A stretch of DNA of 64,000 nucleotides from Octopus sinensis. Taxonomy: Eukaryota. Position 1 is the stretch's first letter. Every line of letters starts with the position of its first letter. The stretch covers positions 30,194,001-30,258,000 of the forward strand of contig NC_043009.1 of NCBI RefSeq assembly GCF_006345805.1, given 5' to 3'. Positions 26,960 through 39,697 of this stretch are shown piece after piece. Position numbers and translations under genes: made by a program. A model generated the notes under the pieces. The model worked only from the letters and a program-made list of their open reading frames with translations, made no database searches and was not told where the DNA came from.

Positions 26960-27475
26960 TACCATCAAATCCTCAATGTCGACGAAACTGGCGTATTCTG
27001 GAAAAGATGTCAACAAGAATTTTTCTGCCGAGAAAAGAGTCGACGACACCACTTAATAAACCACGGAAGGACAGATTAACTTCTACTGAGATGTAATGAC
27101 AAAACTGAATGCAAATTAGAACTGATACTAATTTATCTTACAATGAACCCAAGAGTATTAAAAGGCAGTAACAAGCAATCCCTTTCACTAATTTAGAAAA
27201 CGAACAAAAGGGTTTGGGTGACAAAGCAGTTGTTTGAAGAATGGTTCGATATGCATTTGTGTTCCACATTTGAAAATTATTGCAAAATGAAACACAATAA
27301 TAATTTAGATTTTAAAGTTCTTTTAACTTTAGATAAAACCCTTGGGCATCATACCTCACTTAATGATGTAAAGAGCAATATGAAGGTTATATTTCTACCA
27401 CAAAATACGACATTTTTACTGCAGCCAATAGACCAAGGTGTAATTTCGACATTCAAACTTTCGCCCAGATAATTC
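26960..27475 (+). mobile_element. Decayed pogo/Tigger (DDE_1, CENP-B-like) transposase fragment
   Basis: NVDETGVFWK; KPRKDRLT; NPRVLKG; WVTKQLFEEWF; KVLLTLD; IFLPQNTTFLLQPIDQGVISTFK. Confidence 0.85.
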
Positions 27476-27559
27476 AAGTCATAACTAGAGATAATCCAAT
27501 CACTCTTGAAGAATTTTCGGAAAACATTCATATTAAACAAGCATTCTCTGTTCACTTTG

Positions 27560-28860
27560 AGAACATCTCATATAATTATTTACTTGTTTTAAAGAAGAAA
27601 ACAATCACTCACAGGATGCAGATATGGCAAGTGTGGTCAGAGCTTGGTTCAGTTGAAGTGTTATTATATCTGCTACTTCTTGGATGATTGAGGCTTGCTT
27701 TGCAAAATCTGCAGCATAAACTAATTTGAACACGCATTTCAGTCCATTCAATTCCATTAAATTTTAAATTTTTGTAGACATTCAAGGATGAAAATGCTTC
27801 CATCAGAAATTGTTTTTCGTAAGTGTGGAAATGCTTCGGATTTAACAATTCAACAAATTTGAACTCTTCCATCGCTTTAAATCTTTGCTCAACGTGAACA
27901 ATAATTTCATTTGGTTCTTCATGTCGACTTCGCTTCTCTGGTGGTTCAGTGACACCATTCCTCAAACTAGTACTTGATATGAATCAGTTTTTATTTTTGT
28001 AGTTCACAACTTCACAAATACATCTTGAAATATCAAGCGAACTCTTTTGAAGTATTGGATACAGAATCTCTGAACCAGTCAATATGGTTTCAAAGATTAT
28101 TAATAAAAGTTTGAAATTAGAATTTTCTAGGATTTCAATGATTCCCCTTGCTTGTGCTAATTCCGAAGCATTCCAATTATCTGAATTTTCTAATATGGTT
28201 GAACATATCTCAGAAAATGAAGTAATTATTATCGGACAAACTGGATGCTTGCCGAGATGAATAATTCCATTGTGTCAGGTAGCTTTGGAAATTGCCTTCC
28301 AAAGATTTAATCTATTAGTGCTATCCGAGCCGTCGACTTTGAGCACTAACAATCTCCTTTATTCTTCCTTGCATTTCGATCAAGTGCTCAGACATCACGC
28401 TTGCTCCACCATAAGTTTGTGCGATTAATTTTTGACCACATCTGAATTCGTTAACAAAATTTCGAATGTTTTTCAATCAGTGATGCTGTCCTTCTATCCT
28501 TACTGACATGGGACATAACCCAAAAACCTTTCTTGAGGCCGTTCCTTCTCATCTACAAATGGTAAAACACGTGACAATTGGGATTTTATTTGCAGATCCG
28601 TAGTCTCAGGAGACATAACAGCAGCAAATGAAGTTTGTTCGATCATTGCCCTAATTTTACCTTCATTTGTAGCAATTATACAACTAATAATCGCATTCTG
28701 AATATTACTTGGAAGTCCAGAAACCGTGCAGTTGACATTTTGTCGTCACGAAATCGAAATGCGATCGTAAACAATCATCATATTCCCGTGCTGCTTCACA
28801 GAGAGCTAGAAACTCTGAGAGTTTTTTGTGTCTTGCCAAAGCTGTAATCAAATTGTTCAA
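27560..28860 (-). mobile_element. Decayed hAT transposase
   Basis: Minus-strand motifs in order: SNIQNAII; ETTDLQIKSQLSRVL; ERFLGY; KLIAQTYGGASVMS; KLPDT.WNYSSR; EQRFKAMEEFKFVELLNP; LTTLAISASCE.LFSSLK (hAT dimerisation domain). Several frameshifts and stops. Confidence 0.85.
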
Positions 28861-29934
28861 ATGACTGTAGCCGTTTGTTATTCATGTGTTATTATGCTGA
28901 CAAAATAACAGACATGGAAAACAAAACGATTTGTTTAGAATGGGACATCCTGTCTTAAAGTGGGATACCCACTTTAGTTTCGATTTTCAATTCAAACTTT
29001 ATTTACTCTCTTCCAAGAAAGATAATCTCCTTTTCTCTCTTCGAAGATTCTTGTTGCAAAAGGTCGCAAAACTAAAGAGGAAACTAAATTAATTTACTCT
29101 TTTCCCAATTTTGGGGTAAATGAAAACTTGAATAATATTTACTGAGTTTAATTTTGATTTTGATGAATCAACAAAAATCTAGCAATTAATCTCACAACAA
29201 ACTTAGGTTCTAGTTTACTTGTTTATGTAAATTTCTTTAAGATAATTTCAATTATTTAGAATTAAATTTTACAGCATTGGAATGAATACATGGATAAAAA
29301 CGTTATGTTTTAACGACACAAAATCAAATTCACTGCTTGATCCTTTTCACTGCTAATGAATTCTGGGTAGTGGTCACACGATTACATTCCACGAGGTAAT
29401 GCTGTGTCTCTTGACTCCTGAATAGGTTGTTTAAGAAAGTAAGAAGGAAAAAGACTTGCTTTACTCACTGTGTTTTGACCTACTTTATTTCTTTTCGCTC
29501 ACTAAAAAACAGCAGACAAGTTGTGTATCTTTTCAATTCTCCAAAGGTATGCAAGTATATTTACTTTTTTTTAGCGGTCCTATAATGCCATTTCTTTTAT
29601 TAACGGTTGCTGACCACTTCGATTGATTCTATTTATATAAGCGTTCTCTTGTACAGTCAGAAGCAAACATACTTCTGCATGTTGTGTCTATTCAAAGAAC
29701 ACAAGTCATAATTCATTGATGCGACCACAACCCAATGGGAAATGAAAACTCAATTCACGAGAAAATTAAGGAAAGTTAAATTAATCAATAATTGATTTTA
29801 AATTAAACAAAAAAATTCTTTATCTTAGAAAAGAAGGCATGCAATGAATGCGTTGCATACATGGATGCTGCGCGGCTAAAATATATATATATGTATAAAC
29901 GTGTGTGTGTGTGTGTGTTTGTTATGTGTATGTT

Positions 29935-30093
29935 TGAAGTATATTCGCCACCTAAATATGGCTAACGACTAAGGGTGGATGTTACTGTAGCTTGTAGCCC
30001 CAGGAAAACATCTTCTCCAGGTGGCTGGGGCTACAAGCTACGGTAACATCCACCCTTAATGCTTAGCCATATTTAGATGGCAAATATACTTCA
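29935..30093. repeat. ~160-bp imperfect palindrome (68-bp arms, 23-nt loop)
   Basis: TGAAGTATATTCGCCACCTAAATATGGCTAA...GTAGCTTGTAGCCCCA / TGGGGCTACAAGCTAC...TTAGCCATATTTAGATGGCAAATATACTTCA. Confidence 0.9.
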
Positions 30094-30140
30094 CATTGTC
30101 GTGCAGTTGCTGTCTATACCGCGTTCGAAGATTTATTATT

Positions 30141-30234
<94 letters not shown>

Positions 30235-30750
30235 GTATATATATATATGAAGAGAGAGGGGGTAAGAGGGATATATTGATAGATACATACATAGACAGAC
30301 AGATCTGCTCTAACATGCGTGAAGCCATGAGTGAGAGCTTGAAAATTTTGCTTCATAAAAATTTTAATTCCACTTCATGGCATCTTCGTCGAATATTTTT
30401 GCAATACATAAGATTTCTTGTAAGCATCGTGACTGTGAAATAGTATACAGGATGTTAAGTAGTACCCTGGCTTCTTGGACTTCTACACAAGACATGACAA
30501 AACTATTACCATTAGTAAAAATTAAGTTTAGACAAGACTGAGTCATTCTGCACACGATATTTAATTGAGTGAATTATGCACTTGATTCAGCTACACCATG
30601 CTCAGAGCTCGAAATTGATCTGATGGCTCATCATATACATACATACTCACATGCATACATACATACATATGTTTACCGTACACAAAGTTCATTTCGTGTT
30701 TACTTGTGTGTACGTTTGTAAATGTGTGTGTGTGTGTGTGTGTGTGTATT

Positions 30751-31034
30751 TTGTTTGTTCCTTCTCGAGCCACGCCTGGATGATAAGGGCCGGTTTCCCG
30801 GTTTCTTTGGCGTATAGGTTCACCACCTGGATGGGACGCCGGTCCGTTGCAGGTGAAATAGTGAGAGAAAGTTGTGGCGAAAAAGTCAGCAGAAGTTCGC
30901 CATTACCTTCTGCCTGAGCCGCGTGGAGATTAGGTGTTTCGCTCATAAATACACACATCACCCGGTCTGAGATTCGAACCCGCGATCCCACGACCGCGAG
31001 TCCGCTGCTCTGACCACTAGGCCATGTGCCTCCA
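30751..31034 (-). mobile_element. SINE family C-type head with a different tail
   Basis: Reverse complement reads GGAGGCACATGGCCTAGTGGTCAGAGCAGCGGACTCGCGGTCGTGGGATCGCGGGTTCGAATC. Confidence 0.8.
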
Positions 31035-31632
31035 CATGTGTGTATTTGTGTCACGTCCTATGACTTTCTGTCTTTCTACTTTTGTAGGGTCTTCTCTGTT
31101 GCTGTCACATATTGTAAAATTTTAAAATTACGTCAAAATTTTCAAATTCCGGTTATTGAAACAATTTTCCACGTTAAATCCAATTTTGTTACTTATTTGT
31201 TCCTGAAAAATTGCAGGAAAATGTTACTGAGGATTAAACTTTAATCAATTTTACCCAATAACAAGACACGATTTGGAAGCTGGCATTTCCTGTATGATAC
31301 TTATCGATCACAAAATGAAAGCAAACTCACTACGAGGAGGAATTTTCATTAAACAATCGAAAGCAAAGCATTATCACAACCAAATTTGTTAGAACATTTG
31401 AAATTTTAATAAGCTTTATTGAAAAAATCATGTGAAAGTGTCGAACAGACATGTAAACTATTTAAAAAGGAAAAAATATCCCTCAACAAAGTTATTTTGC
31501 GAAAAATTGCACAAGTCTGTCCCGATCAAGAGGCCTATCAGTCGGAGAAGACACGTGACATAGAAGAAACAAAACTTTATATAAAACATTATGTTGTAAA
31601 AACTCCCTGGCAACGACGGGCTATTCAGCTAG

Positions 31633-31677
<45 letters not shown>

Positions 31678-31841
31678 ATATATATATATATATATATATG
31701 AGTAGTTGAATGAATTATCTTACTAAGGATAATTCGAATTAACCGATACCTGGTTAGCAAATTCACGTCAGAAAAAACACAGTTGAAGTTACGTGCCTTG
31801 GGCATAGATAACGTGCTTTCGTGTGGAAATTTGTATGTTTA

Positions 31842-31892
<51 letters not shown>

Positions 31893-32025
31893 AAAATAGT
31901 AAAGTGTGAAAAAACGACAGAAGGCTTAAATGTTAAAAAATATATATATTTGTGTCAAAATGTCTGGAGAATATTGAAAAAATTTTTTTCCCTTTCCTTA
32001 AAATGACATAATTTAAAAATTTTTA

Positions 32026-32065
32026 AAGAAATTACCGGTTTCGCGTGTAGCTTTTCAAATTTCTT
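32026..32065 (-). ncRNA. Minimal type I hammerhead, U3-A8 covariant core (left arm)
   Basis: Mirror copy of 32875-32914. Confidence 0.6.
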
Positions 32066-32874
32066 GTGACGTTATGTTTATATTGCATGGAGTTATCGTT
32101 GTGTTTATTTCCAGGAGATTTCTAAATAAGGGGAGGTAGTGAGTGATTTCTTCCGGTGTAAGGGAGATAATCGCTTAAAATTTTTTTTGCCTTTTCCTTG
32201 TTAATTTGTCTGTGTCAGTATGTTCGGATGGTTGACTCTGGGTTTGTACTTTTCAATGAAGAATGTTTCCTTGTTCAGTCTCATTTGTGTTGATGATCCG
32301 AAAGCACATTGGTAAAATGGGAAGATTAAAAATTGTGGCAGTAGTTGCTTTGCGCATTTCTCAATGTGCTCACTAAAAGGTATCATTCTATATTCTGGCA
32401 ATGCAATCTGTTGTCGATGCAGTGTGCATCTACGCCTGAGTGATAGTCCCGTGGAACCCACGTAGTCTTGGTGGCAGCCCGAGCATTTAATAACATCACT
32501 CAGGCGTAGATGCACACTGCATCGACAACAGATTGCATTCCCAGAATATAGAATGATACATTTTAGTGAGCACATTGAGAAATGCGCAAAGCAACTACTG
32601 CCACAATTTTTAATCTTCCCATTTTACCAATGTGCTTTCGGATCATCAACACAAATGAGACTGAACAAGGAAACATTCTTCATTGAAAAGTACAAACCCA
32701 GACTCAACCATCCGAACATACTGACACAGAGAAATTAACAAGGAAAAGGCAAAAATAATTTTTAAGCGATTATCTCCCTTACACCGGAAGAAATCACTCA
32801 CTACCTCCCCTTATTTAGAAATCTCCTGGAAATAAACACAACGATAACTCCATGCAATATAAACATAACGTCAC

Positions 32875-32914
32875 AAGAAATTTGAAAAGCTACACGCGAA
32901 ACCGGTAATTTCTT
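32875..32914 (+). ncRNA. Minimal type I hammerhead, U3-A8 covariant core (right arm)
   Basis: AAGAAAU-UUGAAAA-GC(UACAC)GC-GAA-ACCGGU-A^-AUUUCUU. Stem I is a perfect 7 bp, stem III is palindromic, GUA site. The core differs from CUGANGA only at the paired positions 3 and 8. Confidence 0.62.
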
Positions 32915-33090
32915 TAAAAATTTTTAAATTATGTCATTTTAAGGAAAGGGAAAAAAATTTTTTCCAATATTCTCCAGACATTTTGACACAAATATATATA
33001 TTTTTTAACATTTAAGCCTTCTGTCGTTTTTTCACACTTTACTATTTTCTTATATATTCACCCACGTGCTTTACCAAACAAACTTTCTTA

Positions 33091-33125
<35 letters not shown>

Positions 33126-34174
33126 TTATATGTATGTATGAGTATGAATATATTGAGTATAGTAAATATAATGAGTGGATATATGTATACATATATGCAT
33201 ACACATACGGAGATATATTATAGGCAAATAGATATATAAATTATTTATATATACATAAATATATATATACGCACACAGACACACACACAGACACACACAC
33301 AGACAAACACACAGACAGGTAGACAGACAGACACGCACACACACAAACAGGCAAACACGCACGCACACACACACATAAAAGTGTTTTAAGTGTGAAACAT
33401 TAAGAATGTTAAACGTCTAACAAGTATCAATTTGACATAAATTACTTAAGTTTCCTACTCAAATGTTTTCCGTGTCTCATATGACAGCCGCAGAGATTTC
33501 CAGGATGTTAGAACATATTTATTTACAATACCATGAGCTGTAAATTCTTCGGTAAGTGTTTTACATCCAACAAGAATGACCTCAGAATTGTTCCTGCTAT
33601 TAAAGAATGTCATTTTCAATCATATTCTCCCTCTTAATTTTTGGTCGCCATACAAAATACATTGTCATTTGTCATTACTCCGTGCTAAGAATTATTTTTC
33701 TTTACACACTCACTTACAAACATACATATATAATTGTGTGTGTGTGTGTGTATGTGTGTGTATGTGTATGGGCTGATATAATTGTTGTCTGTGGCATGGA
33801 CTTGACCAACAAAGACAAATAAGTCTACATTAAATTAATATACAAGATTGATTTTTGGTTTACCAATATTATCCCCTTTTTCCGAGGAGATTGGTCAGTT
33901 TCTACGTGGCAGTTGATTCCAATTATAAAGACGGTTAAATTATCTCACGAAACTATAATTATCCAAAATTGTCATGCCATTAAGAAAGACAGTCTGATTG
34001 TCAAACAATTGTTCTAGCTAATCTTCAGCAGTCGAATCACTAAGAGATTTACAACCAAAGAAACGAAAATAAAATGGGCTTACTTATTGACATGTATCTG
34101 AAAAGCAGTCAAAAAAATGGCAGATACATACTTATTTGAACCATCCAATGAAATAGGAGCTGAGTTAAAACGGT

Positions 34175-34209
<35 letters not shown>

Positions 34210-34777
34210 CACACACACATACACACACACACACACATATATGTATGTATGTATGCATGTATGTATATGTATAACTTGTAACAGATGTGTTAAATGCTGC
34301 CTTATTTCATTTGTTCAATGACGCGTATATTTTGTGTGTGTGTGTGTTTACGTGTGTGTGCATATGCATGCGTGTTCGTGCGTGCGTGTGTGTATTTGTT
34401 CCCGCATGTGTGTTTATATGTGTGAATGTGTGTTTACGTATGTGTGTATGCATCATCGAAGATAAAAGTAAAATTATAAAATCAATACTCACCGGATCAC
34501 ATTTGCCTCAAATAATTAGTCATTCGCAATATTTGCATGAATGTATATAATTTCAAATGCGTATATTATTGTATGCCAGAGGGCGAGTGACAGTACATAT
34601 ACAGTTGCATGGGAAGACAGTTGCGACCACATGGGATCGGTTAAATCATGTACGTAGACACGAACTAATTTTCTAAGTACATGTTTCAAATTGACCACAT
34701 GTTCCCTAATTACAGATGTCTTAGTACTACTAGGAGTATTGCAATTAATTTTAATTATACTACGTGACCTTGCGAGG

Positions 34778-34920
34778 TCTAGTGGCAAGGGAGTTGGTCT
34801 CACGATCGCCAGATCGTTGGTTAGATTTCCACAAAGGACAGAGTGTTGTGTTCTTGGGCAAAACACTTCATTTCATGTTTCCCTGATGTTTTGTGGAGTC
34901 CGACGTCTCAAAGAATAAAC
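34778..34920 (+). mobile_element. Degenerate tRNA-headed SINE fragment
   Basis: GTCTAGTGGCAAGGGAGTTGGTCTCACGATCG...GTGTTGTGTTCTTGGGCAAAACACTT. Confidence 0.5.
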
Positions 34921-37039
34921 CCAGCGTTTCCTGAGATAGGATTTGACTCCGACCTCGTAAGCCCTCTTCAACAGAGCATGGGTTGAAAGGATGTCACCTG
35001 AATGGTAGAAAGGTGACCTCTGCCAAGAATAGGAAACACCAACAAAATGGTGGATGTAATGATGAGCTGTTACAGCGCATTCACCAGTACTCTACGAGTT
35101 CGCAAATATTGAAGTATCTCCTGTATTGAGAGCTAAGGATATACAATATCATCAAGGTTGAATTATATTTACCTCTGATTTAACAATTCAGACAATCTGG
35201 AAATGTGTGACGATTCTATGAGGTAGAAATATCTAGTGTTTGGATTGCACCTGCTTCCGTAGACAGGAATCTAATTCTGTAGTGTATGTCATCAAAGAAG
35301 ACCTCTTCTGTTATCGTAATAAAACATATATCATCCATTAGAAAATTGCATTAAGAGTTTGGTAAACGCTGTCAGCAACCGTCTATCGTTAATAGATTAA
35401 ATTTCATGAACAAAATATCTTTGAATTAAGAGAAACAAAATTATCATGATCAAAAGGAAACGAAAGATTTCTATGCTCTGCCTCAAAAGACTAGAAATAT
35501 CAGCAAAATCTCCATAAAATCGCAGCATATCATCATACGAAAAATAAACGAAAGAAGTAACATTGAGAAATGATAATGATCTGTATCTATTTATGCATGT
35601 ATAGCAGTATTATCAAGAATAAATAAGATGACACGTGCATGGTTAGAAGGAATCTGATCATAGGTTTATTTGATCCCATGTTACGTGGATTTAAATCGCA
35701 ACAGCGAAGATGTGGGGTTTCTCAAGTTACAAGCTATTGTATTGCTGCTTAAACTATATTTATAAAGCCATATCATCTGAATATCTGACATTCCTTACGA
35801 GAATAAATATGAGAGAAATATGAGTTTTGTTATACAGGAAGGAAATTTGAAAGCATGTATATACTAGATTGTGTTCGGTGAAGACACGTTCTCTAGTTTT
35901 GTTATTTTTTCTTTTTTTGGTTGTTTTACTCACGATTATAATGTCATGAGTTCAATTTCTTAACTGGGCTGTGTCTCTGAGCAAGGATATTCATATCACG
36001 TTGCTAAAACTATTCATAGCCGAGTACGGGCACAGCTTTGTTCCCCAAACTGGCTGCTCAAATGGTGTGAGAGTGAAGGATGATTTTACTTCTCTTTGAA
36101 ATAAGAATGATTCTGCTTCTCTAAATAAATTCGCAAAAATATGGTACTTGTTATCAAGCCACTCCTTTCCGAGACACAACTGACACTTCAGTCTGCAACA
36201 ATTAACACGCTACATTTCGCGGTGAGATATAAATATATAATGGAAAATTGTTCTCAAATTTAGAGCTGCATTACTGCTGCAGACACAGGCATACAAGACT
36301 AGATATAATGAAGGCCACCATCCGACTAATTGGCCTCATAAATTATTTACTCTCTAGTCTGAGGGTTTTCTGTTGTACCTTCTAGACTTTACTATCGGCA
36401 CTGTTTCTGTTCCTGAGAAATTGTTGGACTAGCCCTAATGTTTCCCTTCTCTTCATGACCAACTAAAGTTGACGTTATGTCGAAAAATCTGTTACTATAT
36501 AATACGCTGTCTAGATCTATACAGCATTCATCGTAAATAACTTCAAGAGACATTGCAATAAATATCGTTCCTGCTTTTGTTTCTAAGGAAAGTAGAGCAC
36601 TTCATTACCCCGAGTCATCATGAAACTCAAAACTCAGCGAAAAGATTGTGCTACTATATCTTATGATATTCTTGACACAGATTCTGCATATTGCATTGGT
36701 TTGCATAATCGAAATGCTCCAGGTATTAAGACCCATTGTGGCATCTCTCGGTACAACGTGTGTCTTAATATAAGACTCTAATCAAAACAGATATTACTTC
36801 TGGAAAATTTTTTTTTTTTCACACACAAAGTTTTGGTAACTATGAGAGAATTTCCCGAATTGTCGCTCATAATACCGAACACAGAATTTTATGGTGACTG
36901 AGCGGGCAGATATTCTTGAGATTTTCTTATGCAAAGAAAATTAAAGAAACTAATTCTGGCCGATTAACTGAAAATATAGAAGCGGGACCTACAGGAAAAC
37001 TGTTACAACTTAATCCTCCAGATATAATATTCTTTTCTA

Positions 37040-37797
37040 CTCTAGGTCCAAGGCCCGAAACTTGGGGAGAGGAGACCAGTCGCTTAGATCGACCTTAGTA
37101 TGCAACTGGTACTTAATTTATCGACTCTGAAGTGATGAAAGGCAAAGTCGACCTCGGCGCAATTTGAACTCAGAACGTAACGGCAAACATTAAAAAAAAT
37201 ACCTATTTTTTACTACCCACAAGGGGCTAAACACAGAGAGGATAAACAAGGACAGACAAACAGATTAAGTCGATTATATCGACCCCAGTGCGTAACTGGT
37301 ACTTATTTAATCGACCCAGAAAGGATGAAAGGCAAAGTCGAGCTCAGCGGAATTTGAACGCAGTACGTAACGGCAGACGAAATACCTATTTCTTTACTAC
37401 CAACAAGGGGCTAAACACAGGGAGGACAAACAAGGACAGACAAACGGATTAAGTCGATTATATCGACACCAGTTTGTAACTGGTACTTATTCAATCGACC
37501 CCGAAAGGATGAAAGCAAAGTCGACCTCGGTGGATTTTGAACGCAGTACGTAATGGCATACGAAATACCTGTTTCTTTATTACCCATAAGGGGCTAAACA
37601 TAGAGGGGAAAAACAATGCTAGACAAACAGATTAAGTCATTACATCGACCGCAGTGCGTAACTGGTACTTTATTTATCGACCCGGAAAGGGTGAAAGATA
37701 AGTCGACCTCGGTAGAATTTGAACTCAGAACGTAATGGCAGACGAAATACCGCTTGGCATTTCGCCCGGTGTGCTAACGTTTCTGCCAGCTCGCTGC
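37040..37797 (-). mobile_element. Family A SINE tetramer (central domain repeated with ~183-bp period)
   Basis: ACCT(A/G)TTT..TACCCACAAGGGGCTAAACA at about 37201, 37384 and 37567; single head at the 37797 end. Confidence 0.9.
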
Positions 37798-38918
37798 CTT
37801 TCCAGATATAAGATTCTGTTATATGAATAGTTAACTGAACAGTTTTGGATTGAAAAATAAGGGTTTTCGTCTCTGTGAATTCTCTATAGGAGAGATAACC
37901 ATCATACAAGGATAGTACCATACAAGGATTTAAAACTTGGTTTTATTCTCTGCTCGGAGAAAGCATCGATTTTATTAGAATAAAGTTGTTTTCGACGCAA
38001 ATCGGCTTAAAAAATTTCTTAATACCGAAATAAAGCCAAACTGAATGAACAGTACAACGCGAAATTGAACTACGATTTCAGATTTTCATGCCCTATCTAT
38101 ATTTTACCTTGCCACTTTATTACCGATCCAAACATTTTGCACTTACAATAATGTAATTTCTGCGTTGTCATTGTTTCTTTTGAAATTTCCATATAAAAAT
38201 CAGCTGTATGGTTTCTATTTTTAATAAGTTACATTTCATTATTCACTTCTTGCGTTTATGATATAAATACACAATGTCTTTTTCTTCACCTAACCAAAAG
38301 GTTAAAAATGCAGAAACACTGCTCTTATTTCTTCAAAATGTTATTACTTACACAATGTGATATTGGGACTGCAAAGAAAGTAAAATCACAATTTAAGAAT
38401 ATAACAAATCTTTATCTTTGCAGTGAATGCTGGATATAAACGTTTCTATTATCAAAATATGTAAATATTAATTCTGTAACGTTTCTGAAAATAATTCGAA
38501 AGGTTCCCGAAATAAATATTCAATTTAATGAGTGAATCACTCCTTAGCGTATTCACAGAACCTATAAACCATTGTTTACCCTTAGTCTTGTGGATAAATA
38601 TCACTGCTATGACTATTACTCAGTAGTTATAGCAGTGACACTGTACTGAATACTCTTTTTCCCATTGGTGAAATTCAAAGTCGGTAAAAGTCACTTCACA
38701 GCAGGATGGATGTATAAATGAAATATTATATAATGCAGTATTTCAAATGAGAATCATATTACGTCAATCTGCATACATATGCATGTGTATAATGGGGTTC
38801 TGAATGGGTGGATTTGTGAGTGCGTGATTTGCCATCCACATGTATGTGTGTATATATATCCATCTTTTCTGTCTCTCTATATGTTTGTCTGCATAAGTAG
38901 ATACATAGTTAGGTAGGT

Positions 38919-38920
38919 AG

Positions 38921-39006
<86 letters not shown>
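38919..39006. repeat. (AGAT)n microsatellite (others at ~41120-41260 and ~51505-51700)
   Basis: Seen directly. Confidence 0.95.
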
Positions 39007-39174
39007 GAAGGGATGGATGGATTAATGAATGAATGGGTGCGTTTTTGAGCAAATGGATAAGCAGGTGACTATAGTTATTTTAATGGAAAATATTTGAAGA
39101 AATTTTATTTCGTAAGTTCATTAAATAATTTAGTTTCAATTTTCTACTTTCAACGCAGGAGGAATTTCAAATTG

Positions 39175-39227
<53 letters not shown>

Positions 39228-39284
39228 TATCTTAGCGGATGCATGTAAATATAGATACATAATACTTACACTCAGACAGCCAAA

Positions 39285-39480
39285 TGCCTAGTGGTTATGG
39301 TATTGCACTCACAATCGTTCATGGTTTCTATTCCTGGAGTGACTGGTGCGTTGTGCACTTGAGCAAAACGCTCCATCTCAAGTTGCTCTAACACATGGTG
39401 CACAGTGCACATTATGAACAAATCATTTGTGCAGGACACGTACGACAAAAGCCGAACGCTCATTTGTTGTCTTCGACGGG
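39285..39480 (+). mobile_element. Degenerate tRNA-headed SINE
   Basis: GCCTAGTGGTTATGGTATTGCACTCACAATCG..GGTTTCTATTCC..GCGTTGTGCACTTGAGCAAAAC. Confidence 0.55.
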
Positions 39481-39488
39481 AGAAACCG

Positions 39489-39541
<53 letters not shown>

Positions 39542-39697
39542 CAAAATTAGAAAATGGAGAAACATACCTAAATCAATCATCAACCATCAGATAATACCCA
39601 ATCAATACTTTATTAAACCATTACACCACAGCAATGATATTATACATTGATATAGTACAAATATAACAAGACATAGAAATAGAAATAGAAAATACAT

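Larger units (their letters stand above)
31887..33054. mobile_element. Penelope-like element fragment as a fold-back: ~560-bp inverted arms (31887-32444, 32495-33054) with a 50-bp spacer; GIY-YIG endonuclease
   Basis: Minus ORF 32201-32575 contains IKCSGCHQDYVGSTGLSLRRRCTLHRQQI...HIEKC...RLNKETFFIEKYKPRVN, a Penelope-type GIY-YIG domain. Its C-terminal part is mirrored on the plus strand (32553-32738). The left end abuts (AT)n. Confidence 0.9.

Noticed and set aside
34930-35330. RTE-like APE endonuclease remnant (GNT..MMSCYS)
   Set aside because: Only one weak motif, heavily interrupted; not enough to call.
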